IMG/VR virus record: IMGVR_UViG_2802429225_000004
Strand: one strand, 5' to 3'
Source: a virus
Lineage: Duplodnaviria; Heunggongvirae; Uroviricota; Caudoviricetes
DNA: 44,726 bases
Shown: in pieces, positions 1 through 8,174 of the stretch
Position numbering within the stretch: position 1 is the first letter of the stretch
How the letters are laid out: each line of letters opens with the position of its first letter
Position numbers and translations under genes: made by a program
Notes under the pieces: generated by a model
Databases searched by the model: none
The model's input: the letters and a program-made list of their open reading frames with translations, nothing else
Told to the model about the DNA's origin: nothing

Positions 1-1131
1 TCAAATAACCAGTTTTTTCCACTCCTTACCGCGTGCGTCGTTGTAAATATCGGTCATTTTTTGATTCGAATGACCCAGCAAAATTTTGGTATCAATTCCC
101 TGTTCTCTGAACAATCTTTCTGATAAAGATCTTTGCTCATGGAAAGAGGGTGGAGTGCCATTAGCACGCCAGTTGTAATCCACAGAATCCCGGGCTTTTT
201 TAAATGCAACTGTTAACGTTGCTGGTTTAACCATCCCGCCGCGCTTACCCATCCCCTTAGCGTGATGATGGTGCAATAACCACGGACTAAGGATGTAATC
301 ACGACAGGATGACACCACGTCACCTAGGGTCAGATTTAATTTGTCGCAACGCAGAGCCAGAGGAATGGCTATCCGGGCTCCTGTTTTTTGCTGTTCGACA
401 TGAAGGTAACCATCCCGGATATCCGAAAACTGCATTTTGCAAATATCCGAAAGACGCTGGCCCGTCATCAGTGCCAGCAGCATGCCGCGCTGTAAAAAGT
501 AACCATCCTTTTCCGCTGCGTTATAAATCATCATCCACTCATCAAAAGTCAGTCGCTGTCTTGATATCCGCACTTGCGGTTTTTTTGCCGATTCAGCCGG
601 GTTAAAGCCTGGCGGGACATCACCCGTTTGTTGAGCCTCCCGGAAAACATCGATCAATACCTTCCTGAAAATTTGTCCCATTCTGTTATGTCCCTTTGCC
701 TTGTATTCTTCCAGCACCGATACCACATCTTTTACGGTTATGGCATCTAGCGGCCTGGCTCCAAAACGTTCATCAAACACCCTGAGAGGAGCCGCTTTTT
801 GTTTCAGCGTGCTGAGCTTGATTTCTCCGTTCTCATATCTTTCCTGTTGAATTTTTCTGTAATTATTCAGAAAAATGGAAACGGTTGATGCGCCGCCGGT
901 ATCACTAATAATTTTCTCCTGCAGACTGAGCATTTGCTCCATTTGTTGTCTGGCAAGACGGCTGTTCGCTTCTGCTGCAATGGTTTCCGCCAGTTTCTGG
1001 TCAATACTGCCGAGTCCATGATTTTTACCTGTGATGGGATGCCTGTAACGCCAGTAAACTTTGTTATTTCTTTTGTCAAAATACGGAGATAAACCCGGAA
1101 CATCGGTTTTATATTTTCGCGGGCGCGCCAT
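1..1131 (-). CDS. int: Phage integrase, tyrosine recombinase (lambda Int family); stop codon is the first codon of the window
   Basis: 376-aa ORF; C-terminal catalytic-domain motifs typical of tyrosine recombinases (HxxR...Y region, LLGHSNQKMTDIY); position at prophage end next to xis. Confidence 0.9.
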   Translation of the reverse strand: MARPRKYKTDVPGLSPYFDKRNNKVYWRYRHPITGKNHGLGSIDQKLAETIAAEANSRLARQQMEQMLSLQEKIISDTGGASTVSIFLNNYRKIQQERYENGEIKLSTLKQKAAPLRVFDERFGARPLDAITVKDVVSVLEEYKAKGHNRMGQIFRKVLIDVFREAQQTGDVPPGFNPAESAKKPQVRISRQRLTFDEWMMIYNAAEKDGYFLQRGMLLALMTGQRLSDICKMQFSDIRDGYLHVEQQKTGARIAIPLALRCDKLNLTLGDVVSSCRDYILSPWLLHHHHAKGMGKRGGMVKPATLTVAFKKARDSVDYNWRANGTPPSFHEQRSLSERLFREQGIDTKILLGHSNQKMTDIYNDARGKEWKKLVI

Positions 1132-1357
1132 CTTCCAGTATCCTCTTCAAAGCAGGGTGATCTGTGGCGATCACCTCAGGCTTGTTTACCATTCCGACAA
1201 AGCGAGCGCGTGGATCCACTCGCCAGTGCCTTCCTACTTTTTTGGGGAGAGGAAATATCATTCCGGCTTTAGCGTATTTACTTAACGTACCCGGAGTAGG
1301 GACCGGTTCACTGAATTCCTCTTTTGCCCACTCAGTGAGCAGAATAAGTCTTGCCAT
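1109..1357 (-). CDS. Excisionase-like small DNA-binding protein
   Basis: 82-aa ORF overlapping int start by 23 nt; basic winged-helix-like sequence; synteny directly upstream of int. Confidence 0.6.
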   Translation of the reverse strand: MARLILLTEWAKEEFSEPVPTPGTLSKYAKAGMIFPLPKKVGRHWRVDPRARFVGMVNKPEVIATDHPALKRILEDGAPAKI

Positions 1358-1421
1358 GAGCGTCGTTCGCTAATCATGGTCGCCGCCACTATAGCTGGTG
1401 GGCGACGACCGGGGTTGAACA

Positions 1422-3896
1422 TTAAAAATCAGCCTGATTCGGGATCAGTTTTTGCCAGATTGCTGAAACGTATTTCGCCTGGTGACGGGCATCATCCAGC
1501 GCATGGTGGCGCACGCCTTCAAATGGAATAACTGTTCTGGCATCGAAGTCGATAGTTTTTCCCAGTTCAACGATTGTACGTACATCGCGATCGTTGTAGT
1601 AACGCCACGGGCAGGGGATGTTCAGGCGTTCGTACGAGGTTCGTAAAATAGTGTTGTCGAAAGTTGCACCATTGCCCCATACCTGAACGAATTTTTCATT
1701 CGAGTACTCATTGATGAATTCCCGAAATTGAATAAGAGCGTCAACCAGTTTTACCTGATCAACTAAAATTGCAGATCTGGCTTCGCTGGACTGAGCAAGC
1801 CACCATTCGATGGTGGAACCATCAGGTACAGCACCCGTGTCCATAGCGTCAACCAGGCTGATAACGATATAAAATGTTGGCCCGATTTCCCCGGTCTGCG
1901 GATCGAAGAACACAGCACCAATAACCACGATGGGGGCATTACTTTTTTTACCCATCGTTTCAAGGTCGATCATCAGGTGGTACCACACTCTGCTGGTGGA
2001 TGTGCTTTTATGATGACCATTCACATTAATTAAGGGATCTGCCGCCTCACCAGTTTCACTATCGCTGGCGTGGTCCTGAGCGCCGCTAGTGTCCCCCTTG
2101 TGTGGATGTTCAGCGCCTTCCATTTCCTCCGGATCATTTTCCTGAACTTCAACCTGATTCTCTTCATCGAATGTTTCCTGATATGTTGCGTTGCCCATCA
2201 CCGCGCCACAATCAGGGCAGTTGCCGCCACCGCTCTGACCGCAGGCGGTGCAGGTTTTTTCTGGTTCTTGTTGCGCTACTGGTTCGGATTGTTTCGTTTC
2301 TGGCTCGTTTTGTAACGCATTTTGGCTGTTTTGTTCCGCTTTCTGGTCGTTCTGTTCCGTTTCTTGCTGGTTCTGGTACACAGAATCGCGGGTTTCAATC
2401 CCCTTCACCCATTTCGGATCATTCGGGTCGCTAATCCCTGCAACAAATTCTCCGCGAGAGGCAGCAAGCAACTGATTGGCGTCAGGCTGGCTGACTGCCT
2501 GCATAATTTTGTTTACTTCGTCAGCGGTAACTTTTACCGGCTCTGGTTGTGCGGTCGTGTCAGATGCACCAGTATTTTGTTGTGAACCTGAGTATGTGCC
2601 GTTTTTGCGGGCAAAATATTCTTCTTTCGTGATTTCAGTAGCCCCGGCAGCCAGCGCCTTATTCAGACCAGAAAGTTTGTTTGCACGACCATATTTTTCG
2701 CCATCCTTATCGGTGAAGAGGAAGTAGAACGGCCCCTCACGCTCTACAGATGGTTCAGTTTCCAGCGCGCTTTCATTTTTTTTGGTATCAGATACTTCAG
2801 TTTCCACTGCATCAGTTTGTGCTGCTGACGGCTGGAGAATATCAGCAGTGTTCTGGTCTGTTTCTTCATCCTCAAACACGCCCTTTGTCGCCAGGTATTC
2901 AGTGATGTATTTGTTCAGTGCCACGGGATCCTTGTGAATGTCGATCGGACGCTCACGGACAAGGCCAAAAATAGTCTGACGGTCATAGCGAATGGCATCA
3001 GGCTGTTTGCGCATTGATGCGGAAATACGCTTCCAGTCTTCGCGATCGCTCTCGATAACTTCATTTTTTGCCCAGCGATGGATGCTGCCGTCAATGTTTC
3101 CGGCATCAATGTCACCAGGCCACAGAGCGTAGGCCAGTTCATCATCCAATGTTTTCCATGTCTGCTTGTATTCGCGACGAATAACTGCAGTGACAGGGGG
3201 GATTTTTTCTGCTGAGTTTTCAGTGTGCTGTCGGTTGACTCTGGTGCGGGCGAGATCAACAACAGACGTGTATTTTCCAGTCTCTTTGCGCTCCGCGTCC
3301 TGCCGTTTTTTCCAGTTACGTAATTCAGCCTGAATTTCGGGCCATTTGGCACCCGGCTTACATTTGTGTTTACCCCATCCGATAGCGAACAGTTTGCGTT
3401 CCGGATACATAGCGTTAATTTCTGGTGTTTTCATCAGTGCTTCAACGATATGCCCGTCGAATGTCGCCACGTCTTCCTGCAGTAACTCCTGTGCGCTAAT
3501 CACCATATCAACGGTGATGTTTTCACATGTACCGAACTTAACCAGGACCGCGTTCTGTACTTCAAGGGACAGCTTGTCAAAATTGACGTTCATCGGATCG
3601 GATTCTGGTTCGACCGGAATAAAGGAAGCGGATTCCTCATCCCAGCGGTTTTCCTGCATATATTCGGTATCCCAGGAGTCGATAGCAGGGCGGGGCATGC
3701 CGGGTTTATCCTCGCAGACAAGAAATTTATAAGCGCAGTCCTGAGCAGCCGGATATTGCTCCAGGAATTGCCAGGTAAATTTGGCACGGGCGCGGCGTTC
3801 GTCACCGGCTTCAATGGCAGTGGCTACAGCAACTGCACCTTCTTCCTTTATTGCCTGTTCGTCCGGAATGGCGGCGCAAATAAAGACTTTACTCAT
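1422..3896 (-). CDS. Large prophage exonuclease with C-terminal DnaQ-like DEDDh 3'-5' exonuclease domain (family often annotated exodeoxyribonuclease VIII in enterobacterial prophages)
   Basis: 824-aa ORF; C-terminal motifs MIDLETMG, WGNGATFDN, HHALDDA match DEDDh exonuclease Exo I/II/III; long acidic Q/E-rich low-complexity middle region with CxxC...CxxC zinc-ribbon-like motif. Confidence 0.75.
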   Translation of the reverse strand: MSKVFICAAIPDEQAIKEEGAVAVATAIEAGDERRARAKFTWQFLEQYPAAQDCAYKFLVCEDKPGMPRPAIDSWDTEYMQENRWDEESASFIPVEPESDPMNVNFDKLSLEVQNAVLVKFGTCENITVDMVISAQELLQEDVATFDGHIVEALMKTPEINAMYPERKLFAIGWGKHKCKPGAKWPEIQAELRNWKKRQDAERKETGKYTSVVDLARTRVNRQHTENSAEKIPPVTAVIRREYKQTWKTLDDELAYALWPGDIDAGNIDGSIHRWAKNEVIESDREDWKRISASMRKQPDAIRYDRQTIFGLVRERPIDIHKDPVALNKYITEYLATKGVFEDEETDQNTADILQPSAAQTDAVETEVSDTKKNESALETEPSVEREGPFYFLFTDKDGEKYGRANKLSGLNKALAAGATEITKEEYFARKNGTYSGSQQNTGASDTTAQPEPVKVTADEVNKIMQAVSQPDANQLLAASRGEFVAGISDPNDPKWVKGIETRDSVYQNQQETEQNDQKAEQNSQNALQNEPETKQSEPVAQQEPEKTCTACGQSGGGNCPDCGAVMGNATYQETFDEENQVEVQENDPEEMEGAEHPHKGDTSGAQDHASDSETGEAADPLINVNGHHKSTSTSRVWYHLMIDLETMGKKSNAPIVVIGAVFFDPQTGEIGPTFYIVISLVDAMDTGAVPDGSTIEWWLAQSSEARSAILVDQVKLVDALIQFREFINEYSNEKFVQVWGNGATFDNTILRTSYERLNIPCPWRYYNDRDVRTIVELGKTIDFDARTVIPFEGVRHHALDDARHQAKYVSAIWQKLIPNQADF

Positions 3897-3976
3897 TTTG
3901 TTTTAACCTCATTACAGATTTAAGGGTGAACAAATCCCTGCCATTGCTGGCATCTAAAAATGAAACCGGATATTAA

Positions 3977-4180
3977 TTACGGTGCTGCTTTAAGTCCTGC
4001 CGGGATTTCGTTATTGTCCATGCGAATAACTTTATCAACCGGATAACAGTTGCCGGGAATTTTCTGTTCCGCTGCGGCAGCCATGCATTCTTTCATTGAG
4101 TCATGTATACCAATAACAAGATCGACTGGTTCGCCTGTATTAAGAAAAACTGTCAGAACGAGTGCAAATGCTGTATTCAT
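3977..4180 (-). CDS. ydfD: YdfD-like small secreted/lysis protein (DUF1482-type)
   Basis: Internal Met start MNTAFALVLTVFL... gives about 67 aa with N-terminal hydrophobic segment; resembles remembered Qin prophage YdfD; directly downstream of dicB-like gene as in the dicB operon. Confidence 0.5.
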   Translation of the reverse strand: MNTAFALVLTVFLNTGEPVDLVIGIHDSMKECMAAAAEQKIPGNCYPVDKVIRMDNNEIPAGLKAAP

Positions 4181-4182
4181 TG

Positions 4183-4365
4183 TCAGCGTCCTTTTTGCAT
4201 CAGGCGTAAACGGGCCAGCATTGAAACAATGCATATTTGATTTAATAGCTCCCGTTCGTGTTTTCTCTTATTAATGGCATCTTCAGTAAATACAGGGTTA
4301 CTGATTCTGACACCAATTTCAAAACAACCTTCAGACGTATTGACGTTTGGTAATAACGTTTCCAT
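4183..4365 (-). CDS. dicB: DicB-like cell-division inhibitor
   Basis: 60-aa product METLLPNVNTSEGCFEIGV...SMLARLRLM closely resembles remembered E. coli DicB; GAGGA RBS upstream; follows DicF-like terminator hairpin. Confidence 0.6.
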   Translation of the reverse strand: METLLPNVNTSEGCFEIGVRISNPVFTEDAINKRKHERELLNQICIVSMLARLRLMQKGR

Positions 4366-4548
4366 TATCGCGTCCTCAACAATGAATTTTGTGATGCGGT
4401 GCCTGGTGCCTCCAGGTGACGTTAACCAGTTAATAATTAACGCCGGATACAGAGAACCCACCCATAAGAACCAATACGGAAGTCAACTGGCCTTTTTAAC
4501 TGTTCCGCGTGCGCTGAGCCGCATTCACCGCATCACAAAATTCACTTT

Positions 4549-4606
4549 AAAAAGGGCGGGTATCACGGGGAAAACAAAACGGATACCCGCCAAAAGGTAA
4601 TCAACA
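4549..4606 (-). ncRNA. dicF: DicF-like sRNA ending in a rho-independent terminator
   Basis: Minus-strand hairpin GGCGGGTATC...GATACCCGCC followed by TTTTT; downstream flank AAAGTGAATTTTGTGATG.GGTGAATGCGGCT.AGCGCACGCGGAACAG matches remembered dicF-dicB intergenic sequence of Qin prophage; 5' end not determinable. Confidence 0.5.
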
Positions 4607-4932
4607 TGGGTTGTTGTGGCGGGGTTGTCACTCAGGCGTATGGTCAACCTGACAACCCGGTGCCACTAATGGGGTAAGGATAACCCCGCCATACTTACCG
4701 CCGCGCCATTTCGCGGATTGCCACAACCGGAAGCGCACGGTCGAATTAAATTTAACGACACCGTACAGACAGAAGAACTTCGCCGTGCGCTTTCGCGTTA
4801 TGCCCTGACTTTTCAGGGATATATCCTTTCAGTAAACTGTCAGTGCCGGATTCTTATCCGTGTCCGGCGCACGACTACACGTGGCAGCGTGTTGGTCTCC
4901 ATTTTTAACCCAGAACCTCAATGGAGGATAAA

Positions 4933-5142
4933 ATGCCAAACAGACCAATACATCCGCTTATTGAAAAACAGATTGAATGTCTGGTTAATCAACTCAGGCA
5001 ATCAGGGTTATTAAAAAACCATTCAGAGTTAAGGCTCACGAAATCAGCATTTGACGATAAATTAAACAATGTGCTTTATAATGGCATCATTGATTACAAT
5101 CGTGGTGTTGGTCGTCGTGGCCCTGCTGGCACCGCCCTGTAA
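4933..5142 (+). CDS. Hypothetical 69-aa protein, antisense-oriented to the surrounding minus-strand operon
   Basis: ATG preceded by GGAGGA; stop abuts the convergent stop of the 212-aa minus-strand gene; no recognisable domain. Confidence 0.3.
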   Translation: MPNRPIHPLIEKQIECLVNQLRQSGLLKNHSELRLTKSAFDDKLNNVLYNGIIDYNRGVGRRGPAGTAL

Positions 5143-5781
5143 TTACCAGTCAATCCAGAGCGGATAGTGTTCAGCGTAAATATAGCTGTATACATCAAGG
5201 TTGTATTTGTGGTCTGCTTTTAACAGGTCACAAATACATGTTGCTGCTTCCAGGGCTGAAGCTCTGTTACTGAACATCCACGTCGCAACATTCCAGCTAT
5301 TCTCTGTATCCCATTCTTTCGCAAGAGTTGACACTCTGAAGGATCCGTTGGCGTTGCCATCAAATACTTCTGTTTCCAGGTTCTTAAGCAATGCCTGATG
5401 AACTTTTGTCAGGTATTCAGCCGGAATCTTGCCACGGATTCTGATGAGATTGTCATAAACAAACATATTTCCCGCGTATGGCGATTTTTCTTTCTTGTTT
5501 TTTAAACCAGCATCATGAGCAAACTGATCAATTTCTTCTTTCATTGGTTTCGTATTGATGTTTTGCGCTGTCGTTTCTGCAATTTTCTTTGCCACACTCT
5601 CTGAGTCGTGTTTATTTACAGACGAACAGAAATACAATCCGGTAAACGCATCGCGCACATTACGAGCCATATTATCAATGTCTTTCTTCGTTGCAGATTC
5701 TAATTCAACTTCGGACAGACGTTGACAAAGTGCATGCGCTGCAATCACCTTGATTTCTTTTGGTAACTCTTTAAATTCCAT
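5143..5781 (-). CDS. Hypothetical 212-aa protein in the ydfC slot of the dicB-type operon
   Basis: Long ORF, AT-rich relative to neighbours, tightly packed behind YdfB-like ORF; no motif recognised by eye. Confidence 0.6.
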   Translation of the reverse strand: MEFKELPKEIKVIAAHALCQRLSEVELESATKKDIDNMARNVRDAFTGLYFCSSVNKHDSESVAKKIAETTAQNINTKPMKEEIDQFAHDAGLKNKKEKSPYAGNMFVYDNLIRIRGKIPAEYLTKVHQALLKNLETEVFDGNANGSFRVSTLAKEWDTENSWNVATWMFSNRASALEAATCICDLLKADHKYNLDVYSYIYAEHYPLWIDW

Positions 5782-5792
5782 CTATAACCCCG

Positions 5793-5921
5793 TTAGTCGA
5801 TAGATTTTGCCGAACTGTAAAGCGCCTGTTTAAACTCACTGAAGCTGAGAGCTTCTTCGCCTTCGGCAAGGCCTTCGAAGTATTCTTCGTAAGCCTTTTC
5901 CATGATTGTGTCGAAATCCAT
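5793..5921 (-). CDS. ydfB: YdfB-like 42-aa acidic protein
   Basis: 42-codon ORF MDFDTIMEKAYEEYFEGLAEGEE... placed 1 nt after YdfA-like stop; below the 60-aa ORF-track cutoff, translated manually. Confidence 0.4.
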   Translation of the reverse strand: MDFDTIMEKAYEEYFEGLAEGEEALSFSEFKQALYSSAKSID

Positions 5922-5922
5922 A

Positions 5923-6078
5923 TCACTCACCTGAGTTTCTTTCCAGCCAGCGACGGGCACCATTTTCGGTTTTAAACATTTTGCTTTTGGTATACGTCAT
6001 CGCGGTGAACGTGCCGTCCTGGTTGGGAAACACGCCGTACACCAGAGATTCGTTGTTGCCAAGATCGATAGTATCCAT
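5923..6078 (-). CDS. ydfA: YdfA-like small protein (DUF1391-type)
   Basis: Internal Met start MDTIDLGNNESLVYGVFPNQDGTF... (51 aa) with GAGG RBS; first gene after the palindromic operator/promoter. Confidence 0.5.
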   Translation of the reverse strand: MDTIDLGNNESLVYGVFPNQDGTFTAMTYTKSKMFKTENGARRWLERNSGE

Positions 6079-6260
6079 GTTGACCTCATTTCCCCTTAAC
6101 GCCGGGGTAGCGGAACAAAAACCTGCTGCATAGTTAAAGTTGAACCCTGCCGTCATGTTCTTACGCCTCGGGCTGGCTACTTAACCCCTGACCACTGCCT
6201 GGTAACTCGAAGTATTGCCCTGCATTCTGTGGGGCGGGGTGGGTTGGTAAAAATAATCTA

Positions 6261-6297
6261 CAATTAAAAACTGTTTTGTGTCAACAGTTTTTAATTG
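6261..6297. promoter_or_regulatory. Perfect 15-bp inverted repeat operator (CAATTAAAAACTGTT-N7-AACAGTTTTTAATTG) in the promoter region of the dicB-type operon
   Basis: Read directly from sequence; related half-sites AAAACTGT/ACAGTTTT recur in the repressor/cro divergent region. Confidence 0.5.
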
Positions 6298-6304
6298 TTG
6301 TCTT

Positions 6305-6334
6305 AGACAAAAAAACTCCCTCGAATGAGGGAGT
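6305..6334 (-). terminator. Rho-independent terminator ending the repressor-antitoxin-toxin operon
   Basis: Hairpin ACTCCCTC-GAAT-GAGGGAGT followed on the minus strand by T-tract; 17 nt after the ParE-like stop. Confidence 0.55.
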
Positions 6335-6350
6335 ATGGAAATTGTTCGGC

Positions 6351-6638
6351 TCAGATAGAGAAGGGAAATTGTCGACGGGCATGCACAATATTCGCAATTT
6401 CAATGCTTGAAGTTGCTACTCGGTACAACACGATATAATTAGGGTGAACCACAAGTTCCCGCAAACCGGATACTCGATCACTTAGCGGATATAGATATGG
6501 GTGCTCAGAGAGGGTTAAAACAGACGTTTCAATACGTATTTTTAGTCTGCGTGCTGCAGGAATGTTTTCCTTAGCAATATAGGTTACGACCTGACGCAAA
6601 TCATCGCGAGCAGATGGTAGCCATAAAATGGGTAACAT
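6351..6638 (-). CDS. RelE/ParE-family toxin (ParE2-like)
   Basis: 95-aa ORF with conserved RelE/ParE core pattern (...YIVLYRV...IEIANIVHARR); start overlaps stop of upstream small antitoxin ORF. Confidence 0.6.
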   Translation of the reverse strand: MLPILWLPSARDDLRQVVTYIAKENIPAARRLKIRIETSVLTLSEHPYLYPLSDRVSGLRELVVHPNYIVLYRVATSSIEIANIVHARRQFPFSI

Positions 6639-6829
6639 TACTCGCTCCTGTTAGTTGCAGCAATTTGAGCAATAAGATTTTCCATTTCAGCCATTACCTC
6701 GTCATGTGGAATTGCGGGGCGAGGGTCTGCAAGGCTTAACGTCACTTTAGCGCGCAACCATTCGTTGTAACTGTTTTCTTGTTCGGTAGTTTCGAATTCT
6801 GAAACTATCGGAGAAAGGGCTGTACTCAT
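6638..6829 (-). CDS. Small antitoxin (PaaA2-like) paired with ParE-family toxin
   Basis: 63-aa acidic ORF directly upstream of and overlapping the toxin gene; size and position match the PaaR2-PaaA2-ParE2 arrangement of O157 prophages. Confidence 0.5.
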   Translation of the reverse strand: MSTALSPIVSEFETTEQENSYNEWLRAKVTLSLADPRPAIPHDEVMAEMENLIAQIAATNRSE

Positions 6830-6856
6830 GGCATAACTCCTCTTCTTGTACAGTGG

Positions 6857-7258
6857 TCACGCCCGGCGGCTTTTTTGTGCCGCCAACCATCGGGCAATAG
6901 TTTCTTCCATTGATTTTTTCTTGTCTTTGATTTCTTGAAGCATTTTTTCTTGGTCTTCCTCTGGAAACGCACTAAAAGCTTGGAGCAGTTCGCGTTGGCG
7001 AGGACCAATTTTCATTGTGTCAGGGGTGAAAATTTGCTCCCCCTCATCAGGAGGCAATAAAAACCAATGCAATGGATGCCCTGTAACCTCAACCAGTTTA
7101 TCCAAACTTGAGGCTTTAGGCGTAGCCTTACCGCTGACCCATTGTTGAACTGTTTGTTGTGTCACACCAATTCTACGGGCAAGTTCAGCCTGGCTCCATC
7201 CAGTTTCCTGAAGAAGCTTGCTGATTCTGTACATAGATACTTCTAGGGCGTTCATCAT
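6857..7258 (-). CDS. HTH_XRE repressor (cI/DicA/PaaR2-like), probable prophage immunity repressor
   Basis: 133-aa ORF with HTH ISKLLQETGWSQAELARRIGVTQQTVQQW; divergent from cro-like gene; palindromic operators nearby. Confidence 0.75.
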   Translation of the reverse strand: MMNALEVSMYRISKLLQETGWSQAELARRIGVTQQTVQQWVSGKATPKASSLDKLVEVTGHPLHWFLLPPDEGEQIFTPDTMKIGPRQRELLQAFSAFPEEDQEKMLQEIKDKKKSMEETIARWLAAQKSRRA

Positions 7259-7366
7259 TATTCAATTTTACAGGTAAATACTGTTAAAAGCATCACAATA
7301 AAAAACTGTTGATTGCGTACAGTTTTTTATTGTAGGCTTTGTTTATAGTTTTCAGAGGAGGGCAAA
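7259..7366. promoter_or_regulatory. Divergent repressor/cro promoter-operator region
   Basis: Intergenic region between divergent HTH genes containing AAAAACTGTTGATTGCGTACAGTTTTTT inverted repeat similar to the 6261-6297 operator. Confidence 0.5.
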
Positions 7367-7639
7367 ATGCTAGATAGCACTCGCGAAAAAATTAGGCAGA
7401 AATACACTCAAGCTGAAATAGGTCGCTATATGGGGGTCGCTCAACAGACCGTTTGGCAATGGTTTAGCTTTGGCGTTCCCCCAAAGCAGGTAATTCCGTT
7501 ATGCCAGTTAATGAAGTGGGAAGTTACCCCGCATGAAATTCGCCCTGACATTTATCCCAACCCAACAGATGGACTACCTTGTGGAAATAAGTGTATGTCG
7601 AATGAATCACTGGCGGTGAACAATGATATTCACTCCTGA
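7367..7639 (+). CDS. Cro/YdaS-like small HTH regulator
   Basis: 90-aa ORF, strong RBS GAGGAGGG, HTH-like EIGRYMGVAQQTVWQW; divergent from repressor. Confidence 0.6.
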   Translation: MLDSTREKIRQKYTQAEIGRYMGVAQQTVWQWFSFGVPPKQVIPLCQLMKWEVTPHEIRPDIYPNPTDGLPCGNKCMSNESLAVNNDIHS

Positions 7640-8174
7640 GCAGGCTCGCGAGGCTCTGGATGCCTGGGTATGTCGACCAGGAATGACGCAGGAGCAGGCG
7701 ACGATATTAATCACAGAGGCATTCTGGACTCTGAAAGAACGCCCGAACATCGATGTTCAACGTGTCACATTTGATGATGGCGCGGTTGATCAACGGGCGC
7801 TTGGCGTTAACAGAGTGAAGATATTCGAACGCTGGAAAGCTATTGACACCAGGGATAAGCGTGAAAAATTCACGGCGTTGATTCCGGCAATTATGGAGGC
7901 TATCCGGATCAGTGATTTCAGGTTGTATTGTGAAATTACTGACGGAAAAAGCATTACGTACATGATCGCCGGGTTAAACAAAGAATATGGCGATGTGGTG
8001 GAGTCCGGGCTGCTTTTTGCGGATCCCGCTGTTGTGGAACGTGAGACTGACGAGCTTATAGAAAAAGCTATTGCTTTCAAGCATGCGTATCGTCAGCAAT
8101 ACCAACATTATTTTGCAGATAAACAAATGTCTGTCTGGGGTTCGTATGAGTATCGATGCACTACGATGGGCTAA
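7623..8174 (+). CDS. Hypothetical early protein (CII/YdaT position)
   Basis: 183-aa ORF overlapping cro-like stop; no motif recognised. Confidence 0.4.
   Translation: MIFTPEQAREALDAWVCRPGMTQEQATILITEAFWTLKERPNIDVQRVTFDDGAVDQRALGVNRVKIFERWKAIDTRDKREKFTALIPAIMEAIRISDFRLYCEITDGKSITYMIAGLNKEYGDVVESGLLFADPAVVERETDELIEKAIAFKHAYRQQYQHYFADKQMSVWGSYEYRCTTMG

Noticed and set aside
2070-2727. Several plus-strand ORFs (81-110 aa) inside the exonuclease gene
   Set aside because: They are mutually overlapping low-complexity translations of the repetitive acidic region of the minus-strand exonuclease gene; not independent genes
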